Source: an uncultured Gemmatimonadaceae bacterium (GTDB taxonomy: Bacteria > Latescibacterota > UBA2968 > UBA8231). From it: DNA of 46,293 bases. The notes under the pieces were generated by a model. That model saw only the letters and a program-made list of their open reading frames with translations. It was not told where the DNA came from and did no database searches. The position numbers and the translations under genes are program-made. Below are positions 21,501-32,100 of the stretch, piece by piece (the first letter of the stretch is position 1; each line of letters begins with the position of its first letter). The DNA is taken from positions 1 through 46,293 of the forward strand of contig CALFPI010000701.1 in NCBI GenBank assembly GCA_937919035.1. Reading direction: 5' to 3'.

Positions 21501-24500
21501 GCTAGCCGACCGGGGGAACGTCTGCCCATCTAGGGCTGCCATCTCGAGTGCTTTGTCCCACTGGTCGAGGCTGAGAATGGGCGTTTCCGTACGAAGATCG
21601 GTATCGTTGTAAACCCACCAGCCTTCGGTGAGACCCCAGATCATATCGTCCACGCGCGATCGACTCACGGTCTCGACGAGGCAGAGAACGCCCCCCGGTA
21701 CGAGCACCCTCGTCAGGTGACGCAGCGTGGCCCGAATGTCGGGCGTGGCGTGCACGACGTTATAGCCGAGAACCATATCGTACGACGCTTCCGTGAAGCC
21801 CTGGTCGAGCGGATTTCGCGAGATGTCGAGTACCTGGAAGCGCACGTTCTGGTAGCCACGCTTGCCTGCCTCTTGCTCGGCACGGGTCACGAAGGATCTG
21901 CCAAGATCCGTGAAGGTGTACTCCACGGCGACACCCCTGGTGGCTTCGAGCACGACCTGCGTGAGTCCACCCGTGCCACCGCCCACCTCCAGTATGCGCA
22001 GGGGTCCGGCTCCCTCGACCTGCGCAGCTTCGCGTATCAGGCTGGCCACGGCATGGTTGTAGACCTGATCGTTGGTGTAGGAAGGAAGGCCCGCAAAATG
22101 TTCGGTGAAGAGCCGGTCCGTCCCGTCCGGGTACAGGACCTCAAGAGGGCTCACCCGTCCGCTCAAGACGTCGGCATAGCTGCGGGCGCAGTGGCTCAGC
22201 ATCGCGCCGATGCCGGCATAAGGGCTGTGGTGCTCCGTCAACTTGAGCAGGACCGAGTCCATAGGATCTGGCGTCGTTGTGGAGAACCGCAGCTTGCCCT
22301 CTTCCTCACGCACAAAGCCGTCCTCAAGCAGAATGGTGAGGAGGCTGTCGAAGAAACGCTCGAATCTGGGCAGGACAGACAGGCGCGTCTGCCATTCTTC
22401 TCGACTCCACATCTCTTGATCGTCGACCAGGGGCCCAAAGAGACAGTGGAACACCAGGCTCGCCGCCAGTGTATCGATCGCTGCCGCCAGGTCGGGCAGC
22501 TGGTCGAGGGTCCGCAGGTCCAATCGCTGCGCCGTCTCCTGTTCCAGTTGTTCCACACGCTCAACAAGGCCATTGGTGTGGAACGCGACCCAGCGAGAAG
22601 GGCTGTCAACAGGGCCAGATGCCTCCGCCCGCAGGAGCGTCTCCCACTGCTCTCTAGCCGGAAACGCCGAGCGGCCCGTCAGCAGAATCCGGCACGGCGC
22701 CTGTTGGCTGATGTATTCGGCAAAAGCCAGTCCCATGGAACCGAGGCCCCCGGTGATCAGATACGTCCCTGCCGCCTTGATCGCGGTGGAGGCAACCGGT
22801 TCGGGAAGATGCAGGGGCGTCCATGAGCGGGTCCAGCGGTCGCCGTCCCTCCACGCGACCGGACCTGGGGAGTCTGCGCGCAGGATCTCGCACTGAATCT
22901 GCCCGATGAGCTGTGCGGGAGGGCCCGTGTCCAGATCGACGTGTCGACAGATGAGGCCCGGGAACTCGAGGGGTATGACCGCCGCGATACCGGACAGGGC
23001 CGCATGGATCGGCGCCACCTCCTCCCGTCCCGTGACATCATAACAGGGGGGGCTGCAGATCAGCCATCTGCCGCCAGGGTTGATGAACCTGCGAGTCAGC
23101 GACTGGGTGAGGTCGAGGAGGCTGTAGAATCCCAGGTCCAGAGCCCGTCCCGATCGAGCCGCATCCGACAGGCTCCATAGGTGGAGGACCAGATCGGGAG
23201 CCTCGTCATACTGCTCGACGAGTGACACGTAATCCTCGGGGGCATCCGGACGTATCGTGAACCGCCCATCCCCGAGTGCTGCAAAACGCTCTCCGGGCTG
23301 GACGGAACGCACGGTGGTCCCCGCTTGCACCAGCGCATCCCGCAGCGCGGGCTCCAGCTCGCCGCCGTCGTGGAACACCAGGCAGCTGCCTGGCAGCCAG
23401 GTGTCGGCGGCGTGTCCTTTCTCCTTGCGCCAGGACGGTGCATAGAACCAGCCGTCCAGGTCCGCGGCGGCGTGTTGCTCCCGTACGGGCGCGTCGGAAT
23501 CGCTCGACGCTGATCCTGGCATGTCGACCCAGTGGCGCTCCCGCGCAAACGGGTATCCCGGGAGGGCGATACGCGGCGCTTGCTCGCCTTCTCCATAGCC
23601 CTGCCAATCGATGTCCACCCCCTGGGTCCAGAGCTGACCGACGGCCTGCGACAACGTCTGCTGATCGGTCGCCTCCTGGCGCGGGTGCGGCAGAGACGCA
23701 ATGAGCGCCATGTCCCTCGACAGGCGCACGTTCATCTTCGTCAGGGTGTTGCCAGGCCCTACCTCCAGCAATACGCTGCAATCCTGCTCGACCAGGTACT
23801 GGACGCTGGCACAGAAGAGCACGGGTTTCCGTACATGCCCGGTCCAATAGGAGGGGTCCAATGCCTGCTGCCTGCTCAGCGGCTGGCCCGTAGTGTTGGA
23901 GATAATGGGAATCCTGGGCGCCGAGAGTGAGACGCTGCGCATCACCTCCTCGAAGGGCCCCAGCATGGGTTCCATCAGGCGGGAGTGGAACGCGTGGGAC
24001 GTCGCCAGCCGCCTGCCGAACACGCCCTCGTCGATCAGCCGTTTCTCCAAAGCCTCGATCTCGCCCACCGATCCAGAAACAACGACCTGCTCGGGTCCGT
24101 TGACGGCAGCCAGGTCGAGCTGCGACGACAGGCGCGTCACCACGTCCTGCTGTGCAAGTGGCAGGGCGAACATGGCGCCGGCGGGCATGGACTGCATCAG
24201 TCGGCCGCGGGCAAGGACGATGCGAATCCCGTCTTCCAGGCTGAAGACGCCCGACAGACAGGCCGCCACATACTCGCCCAGGCTGTGTCCGACGAGGAAG
24301 TCCGGTTCGAGTCCCCAGTGCATCCAGAGTCTGGCCAGGGAGAATTCAACACAGAACAGCGCCGGTTGCGCCGAGTCCGTTCGCGCCAGGCTTTGCCTCG
24401 CCGCCTCGTCGCCGGCGGTGACAGACCACAAGGCATCGGTGGGTGCCTGTTGTCGAACCAGATCGAGACAGTGGCCCAGCTCCGCGCGGAAAAAGGACTC

Positions 24501-26135
24501 CGATTCATAGAGCTCCGCCACCATGCCAGGATGTTGCGAGCCCTGGCCGGGGAACATGAACGCCACGACACGGCTGCGGTTTGGAATTCCGCTGCGAGTC
24601 CGGGGTGACCGAAGTCCGCCTACGATCTCACCCACCGTCCGGCCACAGACAAAATCCCGCTGCGCGAAAGCCCTGCGGCCCGTCTGCAGCGTGCGGGCTA
24701 CAGATGACGGATTCAACCCAGGGTTGGCCTCCAGATGGTCGGCCAGAAGCTTTCTGGATTGCTCCAGTTCCGCTTCCGTGCGGGCAGACAGCGGCACAAC
24801 GCAGAATGGACGGCTGGCGGCTGGCGTTTCGAGGCTGGGCGCCTGCTCGAGCACAACATGGGCGTTGGTCCCGCCAATCCCGAAGGAGCTGACCCCGGCG
24901 CGGCGACGGCCATCCGTCTGGGGCCATGGGCACAGACGGTTGTTGACGAAGAACGGGCCGTTCTGGAAGTCGATCTCCGGGTTGGGTGATTCGAAGTGGA
25001 GCGTCGGTGGAATGTGCCCATGTTCCAGGGCCAGGACTGCCTTCATGAGGCCGGCGACGCCTGCCGCTTCGTCCAGGTGGCCGATATTCGTCTTAACCGA
25101 CCCGAGGGCGCAGGAGTGCTTCCGTCCGCTGCTGCCGAAGGCTCTTGACAGCGCTTCAATCTCGATGGGATCTCCCACTTGCGTGCCGGTCCCGTGCGTC
25201 TCGATGTACTGGATCGAGTCGGCGCCGATGCCGGCCAGAGACAGCGCCTCGGCGATGGCACTCGCCTGTCCTGAGGCACTGGGCGCAGTGTAACCTGCCT
25301 TGTCGGCCCCGTCGTTGTTGATCGCCGAACCGAGGATCACAGCGCGGATGGCATCGCCGTCGGTCAATGCGTCTTCGAGGCGGCGAAGCACGACGGCACC
25401 GACGCCATTGCCATTGACCGTCCCGCCGGCCCGGGCGTCGAAGGCACGGCAGTGACCGTCGGGGGATGCAATGGAGTTCTCCTGATAGAGGTAGCCCTGC
25501 TCCTGGGGCAGTTGAATCGATGCGCCTCCAGCCAGCGCCATATCGCACTCGAAGTCGAGCAGGGCCTGAGATGCCATATGCACGGCAACAAGCGAGGACG
25601 AACACGCGGTGTTCACGCTCATGCTCGGTCCCTTCAGGTTCAGCTTGTACGACACGCGCGTCGACAGGTAATCGTTGCTGTTGCCCATCAGGAATTGCAG
25701 ATAACTGACCGAGGCTGGGAGATTCGGGTTGCGGAACAGGTTGAACAACAGGTAGGTGCTCAATCCGCATCCGGCGTAGACGCCGATCCGTCCGTCAAAG
25801 TGTTCGGGAACATGGCCCGCGCTTTCGAGCGCGTGCCAGGAGCATTCGAGAAAGAGGCGCTGCTGTGGGTCGGTGATCTCCGCCTCGCGCGGTGTCATGC
25901 CGAAGAACGAGGCGTCGAAGAACTCGACTCCGTCCAGGTAGCCGTTGGCTGCTACGTACGCGGGATCCCGGATCAGTTGCTGGGACACGCCCGCCAGCTC
26001 CAGCTCCGCCGACGTGAAGGACCGAATCGCCTCCACGCCTTGCTCGAGAAGTCGCCAGAACGCGTCAACGTCCCGGGCACCGGGGAATCGTCCCGCCATG
26101 CCAACGATAGCGATGTGGTTCTTGCCGTCATCCAT
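18528..26135 (-). CDS. Type I polyketide synthase, KS-AT-KR(split by MT)-DH-ER-ACP
   Basis: 2535-aa ORF with ATG start at 26135-26133, 15 nt after the upstream TAG. All domain motifs are listed in the sub-features. Confidence 0.95.
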   Translation of the reverse strand: MDDGKNHIAIVGMAGRFPGARDVDAFWRLLEQGVEAIRSFTSAELELAGVSQQLIRDPAYVAANGYLDGVEFFDASFFGMTPREAEITDPQQRLFLECSWHALESAGHVPEHFDGRIGVYAGCGLSTYLLFNLFRNPNLPASVSYLQFLMGNSNDYLSTRVSYKLNLKGPSMSVNTACSSSLVAVHMASQALLDFECDMALAGGASIQLPQEQGYLYQENSIASPDGHCRAFDARAGGTVNGNGVGAVVLRRLEDALTDGDAIRAVILGSAINNDGADKAGYTAPSASGQASAIAEALSLAGIGADSIQYIETHGTGTQVGDPIEIEALSRAFGSSGRKHSCALGSVKTNIGHLDEAAGVAGLMKAVLALEHGHIPPTLHFESPNPEIDFQNGPFFVNNRLCPWPQTDGRRRAGVSSFGIGGTNAHVVLEQAPSLETPAASRPFCVVPLSARTEAELEQSRKLLADHLEANPGLNPSSVARTLQTGRRAFAQRDFVCGRTVGEIVGGLRSPRTRSGIPNRSRVVAFMFPGQGSQHPGMVAELYESESFFRAELGHCLDLVRQQAPTDALWSVTAGDEAARQSLARTDSAQPALFCVEFSLARLWMHWGLEPDFLVGHSLGEYVAACLSGVFSLEDGIRIVLARGRLMQSMPAGAMFALPLAQQDVVTRLSSQLDLAAVNGPEQVVVSGSVGEIEALEKRLIDEGVFGRRLATSHAFHSRLMEPMLGPFEEVMRSVSLSAPRIPIISNTTGQPLSRQQALDPSYWTGHVRKPVLFCASVQYLVEQDCSVLLEVGPGNTLTKMNVRLSRDMALIASLPHPRQEATDQQTLSQAVGQLWTQGVDIDWQGYGEGEQAPRIALPGYPFARERHWVDMPGSASSDSDAPVREQHAAADLDGWFYAPSWRKEKGHAADTWLPGSCLVFHDGGELEPALRDALVQAGTTVRSVQPGERFAALGDGRFTIRPDAPEDYVSLVEQYDEAPDLVLHLWSLSDAARSGRALDLGFYSLLDLTQSLTRRFINPGGRWLICSPPCYDVTGREEVAPIHAALSGIAAVIPLEFPGLICRHVDLDTGPPAQLIGQIQCEILRADSPGPVAWRDGDRWTRSWTPLHLPEPVASTAIKAAGTYLITGGLGSMGLAFAEYISQQAPCRILLTGRSAFPAREQWETLLRAEASGPVDSPSRWVAFHTNGLVERVEQLEQETAQRLDLRTLDQLPDLAAAIDTLAASLVFHCLFGPLVDDQEMWSREEWQTRLSVLPRFERFFDSLLTILLEDGFVREEEGKLRFSTTTPDPMDSVLLKLTEHHSPYAGIGAMLSHCARSYADVLSGRVSPLEVLYPDGTDRLFTEHFAGLPSYTNDQVYNHAVASLIREAAQVEGAGPLRILEVGGGTGGLTQVVLEATRGVAVEYTFTDLGRSFVTRAEQEAGKRGYQNVRFQVLDISRNPLDQGFTEASYDMVLGYNVVHATPDIRATLRHLTRVLVPGGVLCLVETVSRSRVDDMIWGLTEGWWVYNDTDLRTETPILSLDQWDKALEMAALDGQTFPRSASARSATTAGLIVARKQPGAAQQPGRDDDGQTVCRSIRRIGAIEQRGSTVEYLRADAAAADDMERLRLHIRATHGALDGIVHAAGELGQGFLSQKSRQDVARTFAPKIHAAAALDDLLEEFKPSFLLLCSSMSSIAPVIGQVDYASANAFLDAYAHAANRTFDTRVGSITWGFWQELGMISKARGDLAQKRAIREQIARPGMHDAGIRAFARILENPFPAQVVVAPDGLQEPPAEGHPEHPWFDRVVRLSDDVLYLQGAVSPDSDWVLDEHEVLGRKVLPGTAYLEMAWAAAWEALEDEPTELRDVYFLQPLAMDRGQSRDVRTVLQRQGHGWDFSILSRIGPAQNDAWVEHTRGEIRAATGHREASHAPETVNVTRIAQACDQEFSERQAFEASMSAFGPHWHNLVRADFGEHQAIGEFRLPQKYLGELDQLCLHPALLDNATGFLKVKQDAGSVPFCYRTIRIYGRIPAHVFSHIRELRSDDGAISYDITVVDPDGRVLVDIEGYAMRPIRRQSRPENVALTLARRGSLSTFFLAPEPRREPAEGEVEIEVKAAGLNFIEVLYSLDMLPHGGALRFPYGLECAGIVRRCGPGVEGFNAGDEVLAFTNGCYRAFATAAVQAVAHKPKALTMEQAATIPAAYMTAWHSLTGPGRLVGGERVLIHSAAGGVGLAAVHVARLLGADVLATAGTDQKRDYLRSVGVRHVADSRQPGFGKQIMAATDNVGVDVVLNSLGQEFTAESLSVLARYGRFIELGKRAIFANAALDMRPFERQLTFAAVDVGPDLPQFAANWRDLMTHVGAGELPPLPLRAFPAADPSEGFQYMARGRHIGKIVFTFGASQELIGLASQRAGSGRSFASIVALEADNDDSTGQRRVEAPGGSEPGAAVWTEDVADVDSDLSTESEKGVARIWRDLLGTASIRRDDSFFELNGDSLLAAQVISEIHGKFGVKLPFSAIFDAATVRQLAREIDNSLNDGVRPATGTETEEGVI
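18591..18803 (-). other. Acyl carrier protein domain
   Basis: FFELNGDSLLAAQVISEI (Ser2478). The C-terminal tail ends GTETEEGVI. Confidence 0.88.
18996..19943 (-). other. Enoylreductase domain (MDR type)
   Basis: EVEIEVKAAGLNF, PYGLECAG, ERVLIHSAAGGVGLAAVHVARLLGA (NADPH-binding motif). Confidence 0.85.
19971..20798 (-). other. Dehydratase domain located after the KR
   Basis: HPWFDRVV, LDEHEVLGRKVLPGTAYLEMA (HxxxGxxxxP; His1814 codon at 20694-20696), FGPHW, LHPALLDNATG. Confidence 0.8.
20811..21380 (-). other. Remainder of the KR catalytic subdomain
   Basis: VEYLRADAAAADD, LDGIVHAAGELGQG, LLLCSSMSS, QVDYASANAFLD (catalytic Tyr1687 codon at 21075-21077). Confidence 0.85.
21381..22679 (-). other. 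SAM-dependent methyltransferase domain inserted inside the KR catalytic subdomain
   Basis: About 430 aa between LLTGRSAFP and GSTVEYLRADA. Motif I LRILEVGGGTGGLT (checked at 21961-21998), YNVVHATPD, GGVLCLVE. Confidence 0.85.
22680..23459 (-). other. KR structural subdomain plus the first beta-alpha-beta of the KR catalytic subdomain
   Basis: WFYAPSWRK...LHLWSL...GFYSLLDLTQSL...HVDLD, then GTYLITGGLGSMGLAFAEYISQQAPCRILLTGRS (Thr1124 codon checked at 22764-22766). Confidence 0.8.
23691..24569 (-). other. Acyltransferase domain, malonyl-type
   Basis: FMFPGQGSQ, GHSLGE (Ser618), SHAFHS (the HAFH motif is associated with malonyl-CoA specificity). Confidence 0.88.
24840..26117 (-). other. Ketosynthase domain (Cys-His-His intact)
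   Basis: IAIVGMAGRFPGA, NTACSSS (Cys178 codon checked at 25602-25604), ETHGTGT, KTNIGHLDEAAG. Confidence 0.93.
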
Positions 26136-26150
26136 GCAGTTGATCTCGCC

Positions 26151-29100
26151 CTATCCTCGCCGACGCTGCCGAGATCGTCGGCGCAGTTCGGCTCTGCCGG
26201 TGGCCTCTCGACCGATGTCGGCGACCTCCCCGGACGGTCCACCTGCGATGTGTGCCGCCAGGGAGACAACGGTGGGAAACTCATAGAAAGAGAGGATGGA
26301 AAGGTCCATCCCATGCTCCTGCTGCAGGTGCCGGTGCACGCTGACGATCGACATTGAATGCGCCCCGAGGTCGAAGAAATTGGCATCGCGACTCACCTGG
26401 TCAACACCGAGAACACGCGCGAACGCGGCGGCAATGATCATCTCTGTACTGTTGGCAGCTGCCACATAGTTGTCGGCGGGATCGTCGAGATCTTCGGGGG
26501 CAGGCAGACTGCGGCGGTCGAGCTTGCCGTTGATGGTGAGGGGAAACGCATCGAGAAAGACAAAGTGCGATGGGATCATGTACTCCGGCAGACTGGCAGC
26601 CAGGAAACGGCGCAGGTCGCCGGCGACTGCCGGTTGTTGCGTCACAGCCAGGCAGTAGGCCAGGAGCCGGGAGTCCGTTCCACGCTCGTCGGCCACGACA
26701 ACCGCCGCACGGACGGAAGAATGCGCAGCGAGACGTGTTTCGATCTCACCCAGTTCGACACGAAAGCCGCGGATCTGGACCTGGGAGTCGATCCGTCCCA
26801 GGTACTCGATGTCGCCGTCGGGGAGAAACCGCGCCAGGTCACCGGAACGGTAGAGCCGCTGCTGGCCAGCGGCGAAGAACGGATCGACAGCGAATTTCTC
26901 CTGCGTCAATTCTTCCCGGCGAAGATAGCCCTGAGCTACGCCTTTGCCTGCGACCCAGATTTCCCCCGGGACGCCAAGGGGGGAGGGATTGCCGAAGGGG
27001 TCGACGATGTAGAGGCGAAGATCGGGGAGCGGTGCACCAATGAGACTCCCGCTCCGATCGAGGTCACGGAGGCGGATCGGTCGATACGTCACATGGACCG
27101 TGGTCTCCGTGATGCCATACATATTGACCAACGTCGGACTGGTGTCGCCGCGGTGTTCGAACCACGGACGCAGGCGTTCATAATCGAGCGCTTCGCCCCC
27201 GAAGATGACGTAGCGCAGCGCGAGGGTGTGCCTGGATTCTGCGTCGACATCGGCGGCGATCAACTGCTGGAAGGCCGAGGGCGTCTGGTTGAGGACCGTC
27301 ACCTTGTTGCGCTCGAGTAGCTCGAGCAAGTCCACCGGGGAGCGGCTCAACTGCTGCGGCAGGACGACCAACCGTCCCCCATAGAGCAGAGCTCCCCAGA
27401 TTTCCCACACCGAGAAGTCGAACGAATAGGAATGGAAGAGCGTCCACGTGTCGGTCTCGTCGAAGGCAAACCAGTTCTCCGTCGAACGGAAGAGCCGTGT
27501 TACGTTCGCGTGCGTGACGATCACCCCCTTGGGCTGTCCTGTGGATCCCGATGTGTAGATGACGTAGGCAGGATCGTGTGCCCCTGACCCGCATCCGAGG
27601 TTGCCCGAGGCGCATTCCCGGATCGAAGCTGCATCAAGATCAAGGTCGACGACCTGCACCGATGCCCCCAGGCCGAGCCGTTCTGCCCGGCCGGCGCCGG
27701 TGACGATATGGCCGATCTGTGCATCCCGGATCATGAACGCGACGCGTTCGTCCGGATACATCGGATCGAGCGGTACGTAGGCCGCCCCGGCCTTCAGGAT
27801 TGCGAGGATCGAAACCACGACCTCCATCGAGCGCTCCAGATAGAGTCCGACCAGGTCTCCGGACTGTATGCCCTGCCCGATGAGGCACCGCGCCAGCTGA
27901 TTCGACTGCTCGTTCAGCTCCCGATATGTGAGCGGCGGCTGTTGCGCGGATTCGACGGCCTCAACAAGGGCCGTGTGGTCGGGGGTCTGGCTGGCCTGCC
28001 GTTCGAACCATGCTGTGAGCGACTCCGGTGCCCCGGACATGTCGACGGCGGCATTGCGCCACCCCAGTACCTGCGCTCTTTCGGCCGGCGGGAGGATGTC
28101 GATCTCGGCGATACGCTGTGTCGAGTTCTGCAGCAGGCCCTTGACGACCTGCGCGAAATGTCGCGTGATCCTGTCCACACGCTCCTGCAGAAACAGATCC
28201 GAGTTGTAGGTGATATCGAGTCGCAGGCCGGATCCGACTTCCTGGAAATTGAAGCTGAGATCGAACTTGCTCATGTCGTAGTCATCGACGAAGGGCGACA
28301 GCACGATCTCTGGCAGAGAGAGTTCGTATGACTCGACATTCTGCAGTGTGACCGTCACATCGTAGAGCGGGGAGCGACTCATGTCGCGCCGCAGATTCAA
28401 CTCGTCGATCAGGCGATCCGCCGGATACATCTGCTGCTCGAGGCACGCCGTCACTTGCTCCGAGGCCCGGGAGACCAGCTCCAGCAAAGTGCTCTCTGGT
28501 TCGACGTGCATGCGGAAGGGCAGCGTATTGATGAAGAATCCGATCAGCTCTTCCAGGTCCACATGCGCGCGCCCGGCTGTCGGCAGCCCGATCGTGATAT
28601 CCTGCTCACCGGTGTAGCGGTAGAGGAGCACGTTGACGCAGGTGATGAGCGTCATGAACAGGCTCGCCCCGTGCTCCCTGTTGAAGGCGCGCAGCCCGTC
28701 GGCAGTCTCAGCATCCAGCATGTGAGTCACGGACCGCCCGCGATAGGTCTTGACCGGCGGCCGTGGTTCGTCGGTTGGCAGATTCAGGACCGCCGCAGGG
28801 ACGGAGAATTGGGAAAGCCAGAAGGTCCGTGCAGGTTCGTCCTGGCCGGTGGCCAGACGCTGATTCTGCCAGACGGCATAATCCTTGTATTGAACGCGAA
28901 GATCTCGCAGCGCCGGACGCAGGCCCCGCCGGAACGCGTCGTAGAGCACGCCGACTTCCCGCACGAGCACACCCATGCTCCAGTCGTCAGCGATGATGTG
29001 ATGCATGTTGAACAGGAGCACGTGGCGCCCCTCGGCCAGCTTCAGGATCGACATGCGTACGAGCGGCCCCCGCGCCAGATCGAAGGGTTCACGCGCGTGC

Positions 29101-32100
29101 AAATGTGCCAGCTCCCGTGCCTGAGCGTCCGGATCCTCCACAGAGGTCAGGTCGACAAATTCGGGACCTAGGTGCAGGTGCTCGTCGATGGTCTGCCTGG
29201 GGTCGTCGTCGACGATGACGAACCGAGTGCGCAGGGACTCGTGCCGTTGGGCCAATTCCTGCAACGCCTGGCCGAGTGCCACGCGGTCGAGGGAGCCTTC
29301 CAGCAGCAGTGAGACGGGCATGTTGTAGGCACTCGAGGTCGCCTCGAGTTGCGCCAGGATCCACAGCCGACGCTGGGCATGGGAGAGCGGGTAGTGGTCT
29401 GCGGGCGCGGCGGACGCAATCGGCTTGTAGGTCGTGGCATCCAGTCCTTCCACATGCGTCGCCAGTTGCTCGATGGTCGGCAGACTGAAGAGGTCACGCA
29501 GGGGGATCTCCACGCCGAATTCCCGGTGGATCCGGCTGGCGACTTGAGTGGCCTTCAGACTGTGCCCTCCCAGGTCGAAGAAGTTGGCGCCGATGTCGGG
29601 TGTTTCGATGTCCAGCACGAGCGTCCAGATTTCAGCCAACCTGCGCTCCGTAGCCGTTCGGGGCGCGCGGTGGCCGTCCGCCTTGGCCTGTTGCGCCCCG
29701 GCGGGCTCAGGAAGCGCGGTGCGGTCGATTTTCCCCGCCGGCGTCAGGGGCATCCTCGAGAGCAGGACGAAATCCGACGGGACCATGTACGCCGGCACCT
29801 TTGTGCGCAGGAGCTCGCGCAGCTGGGGAATGATCCTCTGGGCCAGCCTCTGCTGCAGAGGATTGTTGGCCCAGTGACTGTCGGGTCTGATCTCCGCCGG
29901 ACCGGGCATGGAGTATACGGGCGTCGCTACCCCCGTCTCGGTGCGGACGAAGAGGGCGTCCAGTCTGCCATCTTCATCCGCTCCCGCCATGCTGAGTTGC
30001 ACCTGATAGGGTAGATCTCGTGAGATCGACCACAGATCCTCCGGATCCAGACCCGCCACGGCCGAATCCCCCGCCGCGTCGATCAAAGCGGCCTTGTCCG
30101 GATACACGAGATGGCTGCGCATCAGGGCCAGGGCCCGCACATCCGACGCGACCCGTGCGTTGCAGATATTGCGCACGGCCAGCAGAGGTGGGCGCTCCGC
30201 CCGAAGAACCGCCGCAATCCCTTCGGCGCTGTATGGATGCTGTTCCCAGTCCTGCCACAAGGTCTTCGGGACTTGCGCAGGCGATCCATCGAGATGGATC
30301 AGGACATCGTAGCGGAACCGGGTCATCTCATTGAGACTCTTGCCGCGTTTGGGCAGGATCTCCACATGGCTTATGCGGGCAAAGCGGTCCTTCAGCGAAA
30401 GGAAAAACCCGGGGTCGATCGACATCTCCTGTTCGGCTTCCACCCTCTGCTGTGTGCGCCGCAACAGATCTGCCGTGGCCTGGTCGTTGCCAGCCTTGTA
30501 GAGCTGCACCGAGGCGTGGAAGACCTCGAGCAGGCAAGCGCTGCGAACGTCACCGACGAAGATGGCACCGCCCTGGTGCAGGACCGGCAGCAGCGCACCC
30601 AGAACCTGGGTGAAGTACTGGATGCCGGGAAAATACTGCACCACGGATGGCAGGATCACCGTGTCGAAGGCGGCCGGGGCGAATCCGGACAGGTCGTGAG
30701 CCGGCCGCTGCTGGAGTTCCGCCTCTGCCAGCCCGGGTACCGCTTCCTGGAGATCCGACCTGGCCCGAAGTCCAATCAACTGGTCGATGGCCACCCTTGA
30801 AAGATCCATCCCCGTGTAGGATCTGCAGTGCGGCAAGAGCGGAAACATGACGAGACCGGTGCCACATCCGACTTCCAGAACCCGTCCCGGCCGCAGCGAC
30901 CGGACGCGCTCGACGGTGTAGTCGACATACTCTCTCATGTCCTGAACAGGCAAGGGTGCGCCCGTGTAATTGCTGTCCCAGCCGATCGTGTTGAACGTCG
31001 GGTCGCCATCTGTGACGGTGTTCTGGTAACTGTTTTCGTGCAGCTCCTGCCACAGTTGGACCTGTTCGTTGCGCAGAGCGGCAAGCGCCTCGCGTGTCTG
31101 TGTCGACGACAGGTTGGGCACGAAATAGGCGGCCAACCGCCTGTCACCATCCTCGTCCTCATGAACGCAAACAGCCGTCTCGCGCACCGCAGGATGATCG
31201 GCCAGCAGCGACTCAATCTCGCCCAGTTCGATCCGGAAGCCTCTCACTTTGACCTGCGTGTCCAGACGCTCGACATATTCGAGATTGCCGTCGGCTCGCC
31301 AGAATCCACGGTCGCCCGTACGGTACAGAACCTTGTGGGTGGCCGCATCCGCACCAGCGGGAACGTGGGGGTTGGGTACGAAACATTCCCGGGTCCGCTC
31401 TTCGTCGTTCCAGTAGCCCTCCCCCACCCCGATGCCGGATACACAGATCTCCCCGGGCACGCCGATTGGCACGAGGTTGAGGTGCGAATCGACAACGTAG
31501 TGGTTCATATTCGGAATCGGCTTCCCGATTGGAACGCTGCGCCCGTCGGCGGGAAGTTTGTCGACGACGACGAACTGGCACGTATCGTCGGAGGCTTCGG
31601 TGGGGCCATATGCATTCACCAGGCGGATGCCGGGATAGGTATCCAGCCACAGGTTGACGAGAGAGACCGTGACGGCCTCTCCCGTCACCATGGCGCACTG
31701 CAGATGCGGCAAGGAGCGCTCGTCGGCCCTCATTCCTCTGGCGTGCTCCAGCAGGCCCTGCAACAGAACCGGGACGAGCTCGATCAACGTGATGCCCTCC
31801 CGCTTGATCAGGTCGAAGAGCCGGGCCGGGTCGCAGACGGTTTCGAAATCGGCCACCACCGTTCGTGCCCCCTTGAGGACCGGGCCGAGGAACTGCCAGA
31901 TCGAAATATCCGACGACGCCGGAGCGCTCTGCAGAAATGCCGTGTCGGGTTCGAATCCCAGAAGCTCGAACTCACCGAAAATGTGGTTCACCGCACCATC
32001 GTGACGAACCATCGCCCCCTTCGGTTTGCCCGTCGAGCCGGACGTGTAGATCATGTATGCAAGGTCGCCGCTCGTGTTGACCTGGTCCGGATTCTGCGAG

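Noticed and set aside
28098-29399. C-domain active-site variants HHIIADDWS (here) and HHIIFDEWS (11661-12992) considered as signs of inactive condensation domains
   Set aside because: The second His and the Asp of HHxxxD are retained in both. Only the trailing Gly is replaced, which is a common tolerated variation.
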